From NCBI GenBank assembly GCA_965215515.1, contig OZ244057.1, positions 1,568,001 to 1,632,000 on the forward strand: 64,000 bases of DNA. Reading direction: 5' to 3'. Numbering within the stretch: the stretch's first letter is position 1; the number at the start of each line of letters is the position of its first letter. The DNA is from Oligoflexales bacterium. Lineage in GTDB: Bacteria; Bdellovibrionota_B; Oligoflexia; Oligoflexales; JAPPIL01. Positions 53,167 through 64,000 of the stretch are shown here, one piece after another. The notes beneath the pieces are model-generated. The model had not been told where the DNA came from, searched no databases, and saw only the letters and a program-made list of their open reading frames with translations. Position numbers and translations under genes: made by a program.

Positions 53167-53813
53167 TCTACCTTCTCAGCGGCCCGCCAGGGGCTGGTAA
53201 GGGGACGCAATCGGATATGCTAGTGCGGAGAATGCAGTTTAAGAAGCTATCGACAGGTGATGCGCTGCGTGCCGCCGCACAGGCAGGCACACCCGTAGGA
53301 CGACAGGGAGAAATGTTTATGGCACGAGGCGAGCTTGTTCCCGACCCTGTGTTATTCGCAATAGTCAAGGCGGCTTTGCAGGATTTCGGTTCGATACGAG
53401 TGGTTCTCGATGGTTACCCACGCACACGACAACAAGCACACGACCTGGCTAGTCTGCAAGACGAGTTTCCCGTCGCCATGTTCATCCTCCTGCGTATCGG
53501 AGATAAAGAAATCGTGGCGCGCGTCACGGGACGCAGAGTGTGCCCGCGATGTCAGGCAGTCTATCACCTGCAGAACCATCCGCCGCAGCAGATCGATGTT
53601 TGTGATAGATGTGGCACAGATCTGGAACAACGCAGCGATGATATGGTAGAGAAGCTAGCGCGACGGTTGCAAGTGTACCGTGCAGAAACCGAGCCGTTGG
53701 TGGATTTCTATGCCCCCCGCAAGCTGTTGCGTGAAATCGATGCAGCGCAAACAGAGGAGAAGGTGTTCGTGCGCTTGCAAGCACTGATCGCTGAGGGCAG
53801 CGACGATGCCTAA
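53163..53813 (+). CDS. adk: Adenylate kinase
   Basis: [17 protein letters not shown], Zn-lid CxxC. Confidence 0.96.
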   Translation: MIYLLSGPPGAGKGTQSDMLVRRMQFKKLSTGDALRAAAQAGTPVGRQGEMFMARGELVPDPVLFAIVKAALQDFGSIRVVLDGYPRTRQQAHDLASLQDEFPVAMFILLRIGDKEIVARVTGRRVCPRCQAVYHLQNHPPQQIDVCDRCGTDLEQRSDDMVEKLARRLQVYRAETEPLVDFYAPRKLLREIDAAQTEEKVFVRLQALIAEGSDDA

Positions 53814-54039
53814 AGAAGGTATCCTCGAAGTAGACGGGGTGGTTAAGGAATCGTTGCCCAATGCGATGTTTAAGGTTAAGCTGGACAACGGACGTGATAT
53901 TCTGGCACACATCAGCGGTAAGATGCGTATGCACTTTATCAAAATACTGCCAGGTGATCGTGTCAAACTGGAGGTTTCACCGTACGATCTGAAACGAGGG
54001 CGTATCGTGTACCGAGAAAAGAAACAGCGAGGGGTCTAG
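53806..54039 (+). CDS. infA: Translation initiation factor IF-1
   Basis: [18 protein letters not shown]. Confidence 0.97.
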   Translation: MPKEGILEVDGVVKESLPNAMFKVKLDNGRDILAHISGKMRMHFIKILPGDRVKLEVSPYDLKRGRIVYREKKQRGV

Positions 54040-54042
54040 GTG

Positions 54043-54156
54043 ATGAAAGTGCAGGCGAGTGTAAAGCCGATTTGTGCCAAGTGCAAGGTGGTGAAACGGC
54101 GGGGCGTGTTGCGAGTGATCTGCGCAGTTAAAAAACATAAACAGCGACAGGGGTAG
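54043..54156 (+). CDS. rpmJ: 50S ribosomal protein L36
   Basis: Hand translation [37 protein letters not shown]. Confidence 0.95.
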   Translation: MKVQASVKPICAKCKVVKRRGVLRVICAVKKHKQRQG

Positions 54157-54160
54157 CGTC

Positions 54161-54544
<384 letters not shown>

Positions 54545-54554
54545 GAGGAGCTGA

Positions 54555-54947
54555 GTGGTAGCGAAAACAGGTGGTGGCAGACGTAGGCGGGCGAAACGTA
54601 ACGTACCGATTGGGGTGACGCACGTCTACGCGACATTCAACAACACCATGATTACCATCACCGATGTCAACGGTGCGGTGGTGTGCTGGGCTTCGGCTGG
54701 CACGAAGGGGTTCAAGGGCTCGCGCAAAAGCACACCTTTCGCCGCACAAACCGCGGCGGAGGAAGCGGCGCGTAAAGCGATGGACTGCGGGATGAAAAGT
54801 GTCGCCGTGCTGGTAAGAGGGCCTGGTGCAGGGCGGGAAAGTGCGGTGCGAGCGATCGCCGCAGCAGGATTGAAGATCAACCTGATCAGAGACGTGACTC
54901 CGATTCCACATAACGGTTGCCGTCCACCGAAAAGGAGGCGAGTCTGA
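54555..54947 (+). CDS. rpsK: 30S ribosomal protein S11
   Basis: [22 protein letters not shown]. Confidence 0.97.
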   Translation: MVAKTGGGRRRRAKRNVPIGVTHVYATFNNTMITITDVNGAVVCWASAGTKGFKGSRKSTPFAAQTAAEEAARKAMDCGMKSVAVLVRGPGAGRESAVRAIAAAGLKINLIRDVTPIPHNGCRPPKRRRV

Positions 54948-55576
54948 TGGCAAGATACCGCGGCGCAGTCTGCCGTTTCTGCCGACGTAGTGGGCAAAAA
55001 CTGTTTCTGAAGGGCGACCGCTGTCAAACGGACAAGTGTGCTTTCGAGCGGCGAGCCTACCCGCCAGGACTACACGGACGAGCACGACGACAGAAAACAT
55101 CCGAGTATGGCACGCAATTGCGAGAAAAGCAAAAGGTGCGGCAGGTATATGGTTTGCTTGAAAACCAATTTCGTAATACCTTCGCACGCTCGACCCGTGA
55201 ACGGGGGATTGTCTCGGAGGTGTTCTTCAAAAACCTGGAGTGTCGCCTCGATAACATCGTCTACCGCATGGGTTTCGCCCGCAGCCGTAACGAAGCACGA
55301 CAACTGGTGCGACAGAAACACATCGCGTTGAATGGCCAGATTGTCAACATCCCCGCCCTGCAGGTGAAGGTTGGCGACGAGATCGCCGTACGAGAGAAAA
55401 GCAGGAAGATGGAAATGCTCAAGCTAGCCGCTGATTTGTTCAACAAACGACCTGCACTCAGCTGGTGCGAGACAGACCAGGATAAAAAATGTGGTAAAAT
55501 AAAATCGTTGCCCGTGCGGGACGAACTTGGTCTGAATGTGAAGGAAAGGCTCGTCGTCGAGCTCTACAGTAAGTAA
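54947..55576 (+). CDS. rpsD: 30S ribosomal protein S4
   Basis: MARYRG, QLREKQK, RLDNIVYRMGF, VELYSK. Confidence 0.97.
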   Translation: MARYRGAVCRFCRRSGQKLFLKGDRCQTDKCAFERRAYPPGLHGRARRQKTSEYGTQLREKQKVRQVYGLLENQFRNTFARSTRERGIVSEVFFKNLECRLDNIVYRMGFARSRNEARQLVRQKHIALNGQIVNIPALQVKVGDEIAVREKSRKMEMLKLAADLFNKRPALSWCETDQDKKCGKIKSLPVRDELGLNVKERLVVELYSK

Positions 55577-55594
55577 GTGAGTGAGGAAGTAAAT

Positions 55595-56605
55595 ATGCAA
55601 CGCAACTGGCTGGAACTGATCAAGCCACGGTCGATCGAAGCCGAGATTACCGACGATACATACGGCAAGTTTGTCGCCAAACCACTGGAGCGCGGCTATG
55701 GCACAACAATCGGTAACTCGCTCCGCCGTATTCTCCTTTCTGGAATCAACGGTGCCGCGATCACCGCCGTGCGTATCCCAGGAGTCGACCACGAATTCTC
55801 CACCCTACACGGAGTCAGGGAAGACGTGACCGACATCATCCTCAACCTCAAACAAATTAATCTGCGCTACCTCGGCGATAAACCTGTGACAGTGCACCTG
55901 AAAGGCGGAGCAAACAGCGTGGTACGTGCTGGTGACATCGAGAGCAGCGGCGATGTAGAAATCCTCAACCCCGATCAGCTGGTTGCCACCATCGGCGAAG
56001 ACGGTAGCCTGGAAATGGAGATGGTGGTAAAAGTAGGACGTGGCTACTTCCCCTCCGACCGTAACCGTGACGAAGAACTGCCTTTAGGAATGATCGCTAT
56101 CGACTCCATCTTCGCTCCCGTGCGACGAGTGGCTGTCAGTGTCTCCAACACACGCGTCGGACAGATGACCGACTACGATCGCCTAACCCTAGAAGTGTGG
56201 ACAAACGGTGCGGTGCGTCCTGACGATGCCGTCGCCTACGCCGCGAAAATTCTCAAAGAGCAGCTGACCTGCTTCATCAACTTCGACGAGGCAGAAGAAG
56301 ACGAGAGCTATGACGACGATGCCGAACGACAATCAGCCTTGAACGAAAACCTGTTCAAAGCAGTCGATTCACTGGAACTGAGTGTGCGGGCCGCGAACTG
56401 CCTAGAAAACGCCGATATCAAATATATCGGTGAACTAGTAACACGCTCGGAAACAGATATGCTGCGAACAAAAAACTTTGGACGCAAATCGCTGAACGAA
56501 ATCAAAGACATTCTGAGCGAAATGGGACTATCACTCGGCATGACGATCGACGGATTCGACGCAGACAAGTTCCGCAAAGATATGGATAACCAACAGAAAC
56601 ACTAA
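55595..56605 (+). CDS. rpoA: RNA polymerase alpha subunit
   Basis: [32 protein letters not shown]. Confidence 0.98.
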   Translation: MQRNWLELIKPRSIEAEITDDTYGKFVAKPLERGYGTTIGNSLRRILLSGINGAAITAVRIPGVDHEFSTLHGVREDVTDIILNLKQINLRYLGDKPVTVHLKGGANSVVRAGDIESSGDVEILNPDQLVATIGEDGSLEMEMVVKVGRGYFPSDRNRDEELPLGMIAIDSIFAPVRRVAVSVSNTRVGQMTDYDRLTLEVWTNGAVRPDDAVAYAAKILKEQLTCFINFDEAEEDESYDDDAERQSALNENLFKAVDSLELSVRAANCLENADIKYIGELVTRSETDMLRTKNFGRKSLNEIKDILSEMGLSLGMTIDGFDADKFRKDMDNQQKH

Positions 56606-56670
56606 CTCAACTAATCGTCAGGGTCTGTGTTCCCGACACCCCCCAGTTGGAAGAGGAGGAGAGAAGAGGC

Positions 56671-57060
56671 ATGAAGCACCTACACGGACACCGCAAACTA
56701 GGACGAAATACAGCACACCGACGGGCGATGCTGGGCAACCTGAGCACTGCCCTGATCATGCACGAAAGTATTGAAACCACCCTGCCCCGCGCGAAAGCCC
56801 TACGTGCGGTGGTCGAACGCTGCATCACCTGGGGCAAGCAAGGCACACTGGCAGCGCGACGACGTGCCGCGGCACTACTGCACGAGCGCGAGGCCGTCGG
56901 CAAACTATGCGACGAACTAGCACCGCGCTTCAAAACACGGCAAGGCGGCTACACACGCATCCTGCGCAGCGGCCTGCGTCTTGGCGACGGTGCACAGATG
57001 GTGATAATCGAATTCGTCGATTTCCACTGGGAGGAGAAAACCCATGAAAAAGATACTTAA
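56671..57060 (+). CDS. rplQ: 50S ribosomal protein L17
   Basis: KLGRNTAHR, GGYTRI, GDGA. Confidence 0.96.
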   Translation: MKHLHGHRKLGRNTAHRRAMLGNLSTALIMHESIETTLPRAKALRAVVERCITWGKQGTLAARRRAAALLHEREAVGKLCDELAPRFKTRQGGYTRILRSGLRLGDGAQMVIIEFVDFHWEEKTHEKDT

Positions 57061-57478
57061 CACAACCTGCATCGCTGTCCTGTTGCTCACAACAAGCTGC
57101 AAACAATCGCAGACCGCCCTGCAACGCCTCGACCTGTGGGGGTTTCGCCTCTTCGGACAATCCCTGCTGTCAGATACTGGCTACGTGCGTATCAAGGAGG
57201 TACACCTCAATAACCGCGTCCTACTCGGTAAACCTGTGATCGTCGCGGGGACACTGCAAAGAGTAGGAGCGCAACACACCTACCTAGTGATGGCAGACAA
57301 AAGTGCCAAACTAGTGGTAGACTTAACCAAACTATCGGCCGCAGAACGTGCCCGACTAGACAACACGCGACAAGACCCTACCCGCCTGAAAGTCTTTGGC
57401 GTAGTCGGTATCAATAACAAGGGGCACCCGCATCTTCTAGCCAAAGCATTACGACCCTTGGACAACACTTCGAGCTGA
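57044..57478 (+). CDS. Hypothetical lipoprotein, possible OB-fold
   Basis: LTTSC lipobox; GKPVIVAGTL strand pattern. Confidence 0.55.
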   Translation: MKKILNTTCIAVLLLTTSCKQSQTALQRLDLWGFRLFGQSLLSDTGYVRIKEVHLNNRVLLGKPVIVAGTLQRVGAQHTYLVMADKSAKLVVDLTKLSAAERARLDNTRQDPTRLKVFGVVGINNKGHPHLLAKALRPLDNTSS

Positions 57479-57559
57479 CTACACCGTGGCACGGATAACA
57501 ATCACTATCGCAAGTACCCTGATAACGAAGGACGCACCTAGTTACCGATAGGAGATGTC

Positions 57560-58639
57560 TTGCGACTGCCACTGCACGATACACACCTTGCGCTAGGGGC
57601 GAGAATGATACCCTTCGGCGACTGGCAAGTGCCTCTACGCTACCGTGCAGCACTGGACGAACACCACCAAGTGCGTAAATATTGCGGACTGTTCGATATC
57701 AGCCACATGGGCGAGTTGATGGTAGAAGGTAAAGGAGCGATGGCACTGCTACAACATCTGACTATCAACGATGTTGAACGTTTACAGGATGGACAAGGAC
57801 AATACACCGCCATGCTCAACGAGCGCGGTGGATTTATCGATGATCTCATCCTCTACCGCCTAACTGCGACACATTTCCTGCTGTGTGTCAACGCTACCAA
57901 TACCCAAAAATGCCTCGCACACATCTCTACACACCACAACCCCGCCACGACAAAAATCAACGACTGCTCTCCAAACTACTGCCAGTTTGCCCTCCAAGGC
58001 CCCGCCAGCACGCAATGCCTGACAACGCTGCACACATACCGCGCCCTGCCCCCACTAAAACGTATGCATATCACCATGCTGCACAACTACAGCCCACCCC
58101 TCTACATCGCCCGCACAGGATACACAGGTGAAGACGGTTACGAACTGTACGTGCCCCAAAAACTCGCCGCACAGATATGGCAAGAACTGCTGACTGACGC
58201 AACAAAAGTGCGCGCAGTTGGTTTTGCCGCACGCGACACACTGCGCATCGAAGCATGCCTCCCCCTCTACGGCAACGACATCAACGCCAACATCAACCCC
58301 TACGAAGCAGGATTAGACTGGGTAGTTAAACACAACGCCAAGGATTTTATTGGCAAAATTTCTCTGCTTGAAGCAAAGAACAGAAAAAGACAGTTGGTTG
58401 CTTTCCAAATGCAGCAACGCGGTTACCCGCGTGCGGGTATGGAGGTTGTCGTGGATGGGGAGAAGTGTGGGCATGTAACCAGCGGCTCGGTACTGCCTAG
58501 CGTAAATGAATACGGTGGGTTGGCGTTGTTGACGGACGTGACGATGCGGACGGGTGACGAGTTTTCTGTCGATGTACGCGGTCGACACCGCAAAGCGGTT
58601 ATAGTTGACAAACCTCATTACAAGGCGAAGAGCAATTAA
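57560..58639 (+). CDS. gcvT: Glycine cleavage system T protein
   Basis: GLFDISHMG, RTGYTGEDGYE, ARDTLRIEA. Confidence 0.95.
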   Translation: MRLPLHDTHLALGARMIPFGDWQVPLRYRAALDEHHQVRKYCGLFDISHMGELMVEGKGAMALLQHLTINDVERLQDGQGQYTAMLNERGGFIDDLILYRLTATHFLLCVNATNTQKCLAHISTHHNPATTKINDCSPNYCQFALQGPASTQCLTTLHTYRALPPLKRMHITMLHNYSPPLYIARTGYTGEDGYELYVPQKLAAQIWQELLTDATKVRAVGFAARDTLRIEACLPLYGNDINANINPYEAGLDWVVKHNAKDFIGKISLLEAKNRKRQLVAFQMQQRGYPRAGMEVVVDGEKCGHVTSGSVLPSVNEYGGLALLTDVTMRTGDEFSVDVRGRHRKAVIVDKPHYKAKSN

Positions 58640-58651
58640 GGAGCAGTAGTT

Positions 58652-59038
58652 ATGGAATTTCCCCGCCATCTTTTTTTCACCAAAGACCATGAATGGGTCT
58701 CCGACAGCGGCGATGAATTTAGTATAGGGATCAGTGCCTACGCTGTTGAGCAACTCGGCGACATCGTCTACCTTGAACTGCCTGCCGTCGGGGATACCTT
58801 TGCAGCACGGGAATCCTTTGGCACAGTCGAGTCGGTCAAAACTGTCTCCGACCTCTACATGCCACGCCATGGCGAAGTCATCGCGGTCAACGATGCCGCG
58901 GCGCAAGATCCAGAGATCGTACAGGACGATCCCTATGGTAAGGGTTGGCTGATTAAGGTGAAGGCGACTAGCGACGCAGCTCCTGATTTACTCGATGCCC
59001 TCAGTTACCAGAAATACCTTGCGCAGGAAGAAAACTGA
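58652..59038 (+). CDS. gcvH: Glycine cleavage system H protein
   Basis: HEW, VESVK lipoyl site, PYGKGW. Confidence 0.96.
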   Translation: MEFPRHLFFTKDHEWVSDSGDEFSIGISAYAVEQLGDIVYLELPAVGDTFAARESFGTVESVKTVSDLYMPRHGEVIAVNDAAAQDPEIVQDDPYGKGWLIKVKATSDAAPDLLDALSYQKYLAQEEN

Positions 59039-61860
59039 TGTCGTTGCGCGGTGATTTTAGTACCCGCCATATCGGTGTCGGCGAAGCGGAAATAAAACAC
59101 ATGCTGGCCGCTTTGCGTTACAGTTCGTGCGACGAATTGGTACGTGCCACCCTTCCCGCAGCACTGCTGGCCAAGGCTACGCCCTTGCGGGCTGCCGCAC
59201 CGTTATCGGAAACACAACTGCACAGTACCTTGTTCAGGATCGCGGCACGCAACATCTGTGCCAAAAACTACATTGGACTGGGCTACAATCCTGTCGCGAC
59301 TCCCGCGGTAATTGTGCGTAATGTACTCGAAGACCCGCGCTGGTACACAGCTTATACACCCTACCAAGCGGAGTTAGCGCAAGGCAGGCTGGAAGCTCTG
59401 CTTGTTTTTCAACAGTTAGTGATGGATTTAACCGCTCTTGACATTGCCAACGCTTCGCTGCTCGATGAAAGTTCCGCGGCTGCGGAGGCGATGAACATGG
59501 TTTTCAGTCACCACCGTCAGCGACGCTGTCGCTTCTTTGCCGACAGCCAGCTGTTCCCGCAAACGCTGGCAGTATTACGCACACGGGCTGCACCACGTGG
59601 CATTGAGTTGGTGGTAGGTGAACACGCACAGGCAAACTTGGACAAAACTTTTTGTGGTGGTATTCTGCAGTACCCTCGCGCAGATGGTACGATTCCTGAT
59701 TTGAGTTGTTTCAACAACGCCTTGCATGCCGTCGGGGCACTGGCAATCACCAGTGCTGACCTGTTTGCTTTGACTCTGCTGCCACCGCCTGGTGCTTGTG
59801 GCACAGACATTGCTGTCGGAACGACACAACGGTTCGGGTTACCGCTGTTCTTCGGCGGGCCGCACGCCGCGTATCTGGCTACTCGCAAAGCTCTATTGCG
59901 CAACCTGCCAGGCCGACTGATCGGTGTGACCAAAGATATGCACGGTGCTCAAGCCCTACGTCTTGCGCTACAGACTCGTGAACAGCACATTCGCCGTGAG
60001 AAGGCGACCAGCAATATCTGCACCGCGCAGGTGTTGCCTGCGGTGCTTGCGGCATTTTACGCTGTTTATCAGGGAGCTGCACGTTTGCGCGCCGCAGCAA
60101 AACGTATCAACGTGTTAACTCTACTGTTGCGTAAAGTTTTGCGTGAACTGGGCAACAACGTCACCAACGACAGCTGTTTCGACACACTGACTATTGCTGT
60201 GTCTGCCGCCCAACGCCGCACCGTATTGGCACGTGCAGCGCAGCAGCACATAAACCTACGCACCGACGTGGCGGACAAAATCGGTATTACTCTCAATGCC
60301 ATGACTACTGAAGACGACGTGCAAGAACTGACTACCTTGTTTTTGCCACAGGTTACGCTCAATTGGCAAAGCCTGCTGCGGCAAGCCGAGCAAGAAGCAA
60401 GCGCACAGATTTGGCGTGCACAGGATTTTATGACCCATGCGGTGTTCAATGATTACCAAACCGAGACGGAGTTTGTGCGCTACGTCAACCGTCTCGTCAG
60501 CAAAGATATTTCGTTGACACAAGCGATGATTCCACTCGGTTCGTGCACGATGAAACTGAACAGTGCGGCGGAGTTACAGCCTGTCAGCTGGCCACAGTTC
60601 AGTGCTTTGCACCCTTACGCACCAGCTGCACAGACACGGGGCTATCGACATCTCGTCGCGGAATTGCAGCAGAAGTTAGCGGAGATTAGCGGGTTACCCG
60701 CAGTCTCCTTACAGCCCAATGCTGGTTCACAAGGCGAGTTGGCTGGTCTGCTGGCGATCAGGAACTATCACGCGGCACGAGGGCAGGAACAGCGCAATGT
60801 GTGTCTAATTCCCGCTTCGGCACACGGCACGAACCCCGCGAGTGCGGCGATGGCGGGTTTGCGCACGGTTGCCGTCGCTTGCGATCGAGATGGTAGTATT
60901 GCGACATCCGACCTGTGCTTGAAAACGGAACAGTATCATGAACAACTTGCCGCTTTGATGATTACTTACCCTTCGACGCATGGTGTGTTCGACGAGAATG
61001 TCATCGAAGTGTGTGACATCGTGCACGCACACGGCGGGCAGGTGTACTTTGATGGGGCGAATATGAATGCCCTAGTCGGTCTTGCTCGTCCTGGCGACAT
61101 CGGGGCGGATGTGTTGCACCTCAACTTGCACAAGACGTTTTGCATTCCGCACGGCGGTGGCGGGCCTGGTGTCGGCCCGGTGGCCGCGGCCACGCACCTT
61201 GCCCCGTATCTGCCTGCAGATCCGCTGAGTGAAGACAGTCACGCGCTCGTTTCTGCTCCACACGGCAGTGCTGGTATTGTAATGATTTCGTGGGCTTATC
61301 TACAGTTGATGGGCAGCGAAGGACTGCGACATGCTAGCCAAGTTGCCATCCTCAACGCCAACTACCTCGCGCGCCGCTTAACACCGCATTACGACATCCT
61401 GTTTCGCGGGCGTAACGGTCTTGTGGCGCACGAGTGTATCGTCGATTGTCGTGCCTTCAAAAGCGTGGGGATCGATGTCAGCGATGTGGCGCGGCGTTTG
61501 ATGGATTATGGCTTTCACAGCCCCACGATGTCGTGGCCTGTAGCACAGACGCTGATGATTGAACCGACCGAAAGCGAAAGTTTGGCTGAGATTGAGCGGT
61601 TTTGTGCCGCAATGATTGCTATCCGAGCAGAGGTCGAGGCGGTGGCCTGCGGTGGGTTGCCGCGGGATGATAACCCGCTGGTAAACGCACCACACACACT
61701 GGTCGATTGTTTGGCGGACAGTTGGACGCACCCTTATAGCAAGCAAGTTGCCTTCTACCCGTTGCCGTATGTACGGGAACGCAAGTTCTGGCCTGCGGTC
61801 AACAAAGTTGATCAGGCGTATGGCGATCGCAATTTTCACGGCGGTTTAAAAGGAGTTTAG
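59038..61860 (+). CDS. gcvP: Glycine dehydrogenase (decarboxylating), P protein
   Basis: YTPYQAE, REQHIRREKATSNICTAQ, LNLHKTF. Confidence 0.97.
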   Translation: MSLRGDFSTRHIGVGEAEIKHMLAALRYSSCDELVRATLPAALLAKATPLRAAAPLSETQLHSTLFRIAARNICAKNYIGLGYNPVATPAVIVRNVLEDPRWYTAYTPYQAELAQGRLEALLVFQQLVMDLTALDIANASLLDESSAAAEAMNMVFSHHRQRRCRFFADSQLFPQTLAVLRTRAAPRGIELVVGEHAQANLDKTFCGGILQYPRADGTIPDLSCFNNALHAVGALAITSADLFALTLLPPPGACGTDIAVGTTQRFGLPLFFGGPHAAYLATRKALLRNLPGRLIGVTKDMHGAQALRLALQTREQHIRREKATSNICTAQVLPAVLAAFYAVYQGAARLRAAAKRINVLTLLLRKVLRELGNNVTNDSCFDTLTIAVSAAQRRTVLARAAQQHINLRTDVADKIGITLNAMTTEDDVQELTTLFLPQVTLNWQSLLRQAEQEASAQIWRAQDFMTHAVFNDYQTETEFVRYVNRLVSKDISLTQAMIPLGSCTMKLNSAAELQPVSWPQFSALHPYAPAAQTRGYRHLVAELQQKLAEISGLPAVSLQPNAGSQGELAGLLAIRNYHAARGQEQRNVCLIPASAHGTNPASAAMAGLRTVAVACDRDGSIATSDLCLKTEQYHEQLAALMITYPSTHGVFDENVIEVCDIVHAHGGQVYFDGANMNALVGLARPGDIGADVLHLNLHKTFCIPHGGGGPGVGPVAAATHLAPYLPADPLSEDSHALVSAPHGSAGIVMISWAYLQLMGSEGLRHASQVAILNANYLARRLTPHYDILFRGRNGLVAHECIVDCRAFKSVGIDVSDVARRLMDYGFHSPTMSWPVAQTLMIEPTESESLAEIERFCAAMIAIRAEVEAVACGGLPRDDNPLVNAPHTLVDCLADSWTHPYSKQVAFYPLPYVRERKFWPAVNKVDQAYGDRNFHGGLKGV

Positions 61861-61874
61861 AGAGAGAGAGAGAG
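61859..61874. repeat. (AG)8 dinucleotide tract
   Basis: Fills the gap between the gcvP stop and the yebC GTG. Confidence 0.85.
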
Positions 61875-62599
61875 TGGCGGGGCACAGCAAGTGGAAGAAT
61901 ATTCAGCATCGTAAGGGTGCGCAAGATGTCAAGCGTAGCAAGGTATTTTCCAAGATCGCTCGAGAACTCGCCGTGGCGGTACGGCTAGGGGGTGAGGATG
62001 CCGACCGTAACCCACGTCTACGCCTGGTGCTGGGCAAGGCACGAGCGGCTAACATGCCGAGCGATAACATTAACCGTGCTATCAAGAAAGCCGCGGGCGG
62101 GCAGGACGGCAGTAGCTACAGCGAGACAATCTATGAGGCCTTTGCCGCGGCGGGCAGTGCGTTTCTCGTGCAGTGCCTGACCGACAATGTTAAACGTACC
62201 GTCGGTGAAGTACGACATGTCTTCGCACGTCACGGCGGTAATCTGGGCAACGACGGGGCCGTAGCATGGATGTTCGACCGTGTGGGTCTGCTCGTCTACC
62301 CGCGTCATGCGCTTAGGGATTACGATGAGTTCGTGGACAGAGCGGTCGAATGCGGTGCTGATGACATAGAGGAAGCAGAAGATACACTGGCAGTAAGTTG
62401 CCATCCCAAGGTTTTCACATCATTGCGGCAAGGACTGGCAATCTTCCGTGTGTCACCGCAAGTCGAAATGCTGACGTACGCGGCCAAAGATCTCGTCACC
62501 GTTAGTGCAGCACAGGCGGAGACGATTGTTAAACTGATCGGTCACCTTGAGGACCTCGACGACGTACAAGAGGTCTATCACAACGTCAATTTGGACTGA
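61874..62599 (+). CDS. yebC: YebC/PmpR family protein
   Basis: MAGHSKWKNIQHRK, LTDNVKRT, LDDVQEVYHN. Confidence 0.95.
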   Translation: MAGHSKWKNIQHRKGAQDVKRSKVFSKIARELAVAVRLGGEDADRNPRLRLVLGKARAANMPSDNINRAIKKAAGGQDGSSYSETIYEAFAAAGSAFLVQCLTDNVKRTVGEVRHVFARHGGNLGNDGAVAWMFDRVGLLVYPRHALRDYDEFVDRAVECGADDIEEAEDTLAVSCHPKVFTSLRQGLAIFRVSPQVEMLTYAAKDLVTVSAAQAETIVKLIGHLEDLDDVQEVYHNVNLD

Positions 62600-62741
62600 A
62601 TCACCACGCGAACCTGCCTTCTAAAGTACGGAAGCCTTTGGTGCGGTCGATAAGTTTCCCCACGGAGGGTTTATTGGCGCTGGTGGCTGGCCTGACTGAT
62701 CAAGCAGGTTAATATTTTATTTTCTTTGCGTTCTCACTTTG

Positions 62742-64000
62742 TTAGGGTGCTGCCGCACATCGGGGCGTAGCGCAGTCGGTAGCGCGCGTGCTTTGGGAGC
62801 ATGAGGTCGCTGGTTCGAGTCCAGTCGCCCCGACCAGTCCCGCCGCTATGCAATTTGTGACCTCATCATCCCCGCTAGGTGTGGATAAGTTTTTGAAGAT
62901 GAACTGTAGACGCACTTTTGCCTCGTCCATAGGTCGAATGATGATCTTTTCAAAGAGCTTCCTGTAGGCGGATTTCAGCGCAATTGCATCCTTCCTTTTG
63001 ATGCAGCTGATCGCGGTGTTAACACACTCCAACCCGCTGTCTTTGGGAAGAACTTGCGCCTCTCTGATCTGTTTTTGCAGTAACTGAAGCTGTACCTTAC
63101 TGCTTCCCAGCTCTCGCTCTTCGTTTTGCAGGGCTGAAAACTGCTTCTCGTATTCGTCCCTGAACGACCGTGCCAGTTCCAAGTTGTTGCTTTCCAGTAG
63201 AAAGCTTAGGCGGTCGTCGAGCTTCCTTCTCTCTAACGCCAACTCAGCTAGTCTTTTGTCAACCTCAACAATTTTCCCATTCACCACCCCAACAGAAGCA
63301 TCTTTACGAGCCGCGTAGTCAGCAACGCTTTGCCGAAAGGCCGCGGAATTCTCAACAACATGGTGCAGTATTTTCTCCGCCGCAGACTCAAATACTCCCG
63401 TTCTCACCCTAACCTTGTTGGCTCTGTTGTAGTAGTAGGTGGACTTGGTAGCATTTCTTCCCCAAGCACCGCTACCTACGAAGCCAGAGCCATCATCGAA
63501 GAACAGTATGCCAGAGAGAGGGTAGCAGTGCTTTGTTCCCTTCGTCCTTGTCCCATCTAGTTCTTTGATCTTGTCTTGCGCCCTCTGCCACAGCTGTTTG
63601 TCTACAACACAGCCATGAGGTAGCTTGACTTCAACATAACGCTCGTAAGGCATAAGCTTGCTCTGACGTTTGTCAGCATTGTGCTTGTTGCGATACCACT
63701 TGCCGATGTAACGGGGATTTGCCAGCAAACTTCTGATGCTATCGCTGTTAAAATCATTACCCCGTTTGCTCTTAATCCCCCGCTCCTTGCATAGCTCAAG
63801 CAGGGTCTTATATCTGTCCACGTTGAGAAAAGAAGTCATAATCCACTCAACCTGCTTCAGTTCTTCCTTGTTAGGCTGATAGATGCCCGTGTATTCGCCA
63901 TGCTCATTTTTGACAGCATCAAACCCCAACAGTGGATAGTGACCGTTGAACTTACCTGAAGTCAACAAAGCAGAGTGATTGCTTTCCCTGATGCGCTTGG
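62742..64000 (-). CDS. Large serine recombinase/integrase (5' end outside the window)
   Basis: LLGFD, LLANPRYIG, YPLSGIL, long coiled coil; the 3' end runs antisense through tRNA-Pro. Confidence 0.85.
   Translation of the reverse strand, partial: KRIRESNHSALLTSGKFNGHYPLLGFDAVKNEHGEYTGIYQPNKEELKQVEWIMTSFLNVDRYKTLLELCKERGIKSKRGNDFNSDSIRSLLANPRYIGKWYRNKHNADKRQSKLMPYERYVEVKLPHGCVVDKQLWQRAQDKIKELDGTRTKGTKHCYPLSGILFFDDGSGFVGSGAWGRNATKSTYYYNRANKVRVRTGVFESAAEKILHHVVENSAAFRQSVADYAARKDASVGVVNGKIVEVDKRLAELALERRKLDDRLSFLLESNNLELARSFRDEYEKQFSALQNEERELGSSKVQLQLLQKQIREAQVLPKDSGLECVNTAISCIKRKDAIALKSAYRKLFEKIIIRPMDEAKVRLQFIFKNLSTPSGDDEVTNCIAAGLVGATGLEPATSCSQSTRATDCATPRCAAAP
62761..62836 (+). tRNA. tRNA-Pro(TGG)
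   Basis: CGGGGCG acceptor stem, TTTGGGA anticodon loop, GGTTCGAGTCC T-arm, encoded CCA. Confidence 0.95.

Noticed and set aside
53806..53813. Absence of map between adk and infA
   Set aside because: Common variation in this operon.

Overview
Bacterial chromosomal window with two halves. The ribosomal proteins, RpoA, CtpA and tra genes suggest a Bdellovibrionota/Oligoflexia- or deltaproteobacterium-like organism; this is inference only. The right half (~37-62.8 kb) is core genome: mscS, a TPR protein, an S41 protease, the S10-spc-alpha ribosomal cluster (rplX missing), gcvTHP, yebC and tRNA-Pro(TGG), with a serine-recombinase element integrated at the tRNA 3' end. The left half is accessory. 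It holds three copies of an unusual gene in which a near-identical type IV pilin head is joined by a poly-Pro hinge to different Cys-rich, ECM-like tails. The two complete copies are each followed by a lipoprotein metzincin-ankyrin gene ending in an identical KGKQTTTWGELK tail. This repeated cassette, with constant ends and a variable middle, is the best candidate for an undescribed system. Between the copies lie a decaying F-type conjugative element, a defence-like cluster (TIR-HEPN, Schlafen/AlbA_2 fusion, PIN, RAMA), a four-site CCGACA array with IHF-like sites, toxin-antitoxin remnants, an IS3-like MITE and solo ends, and a 57-bp tandem amplification of the proV/proW start junction. All calls come from reading motifs by eye; no searches were run.
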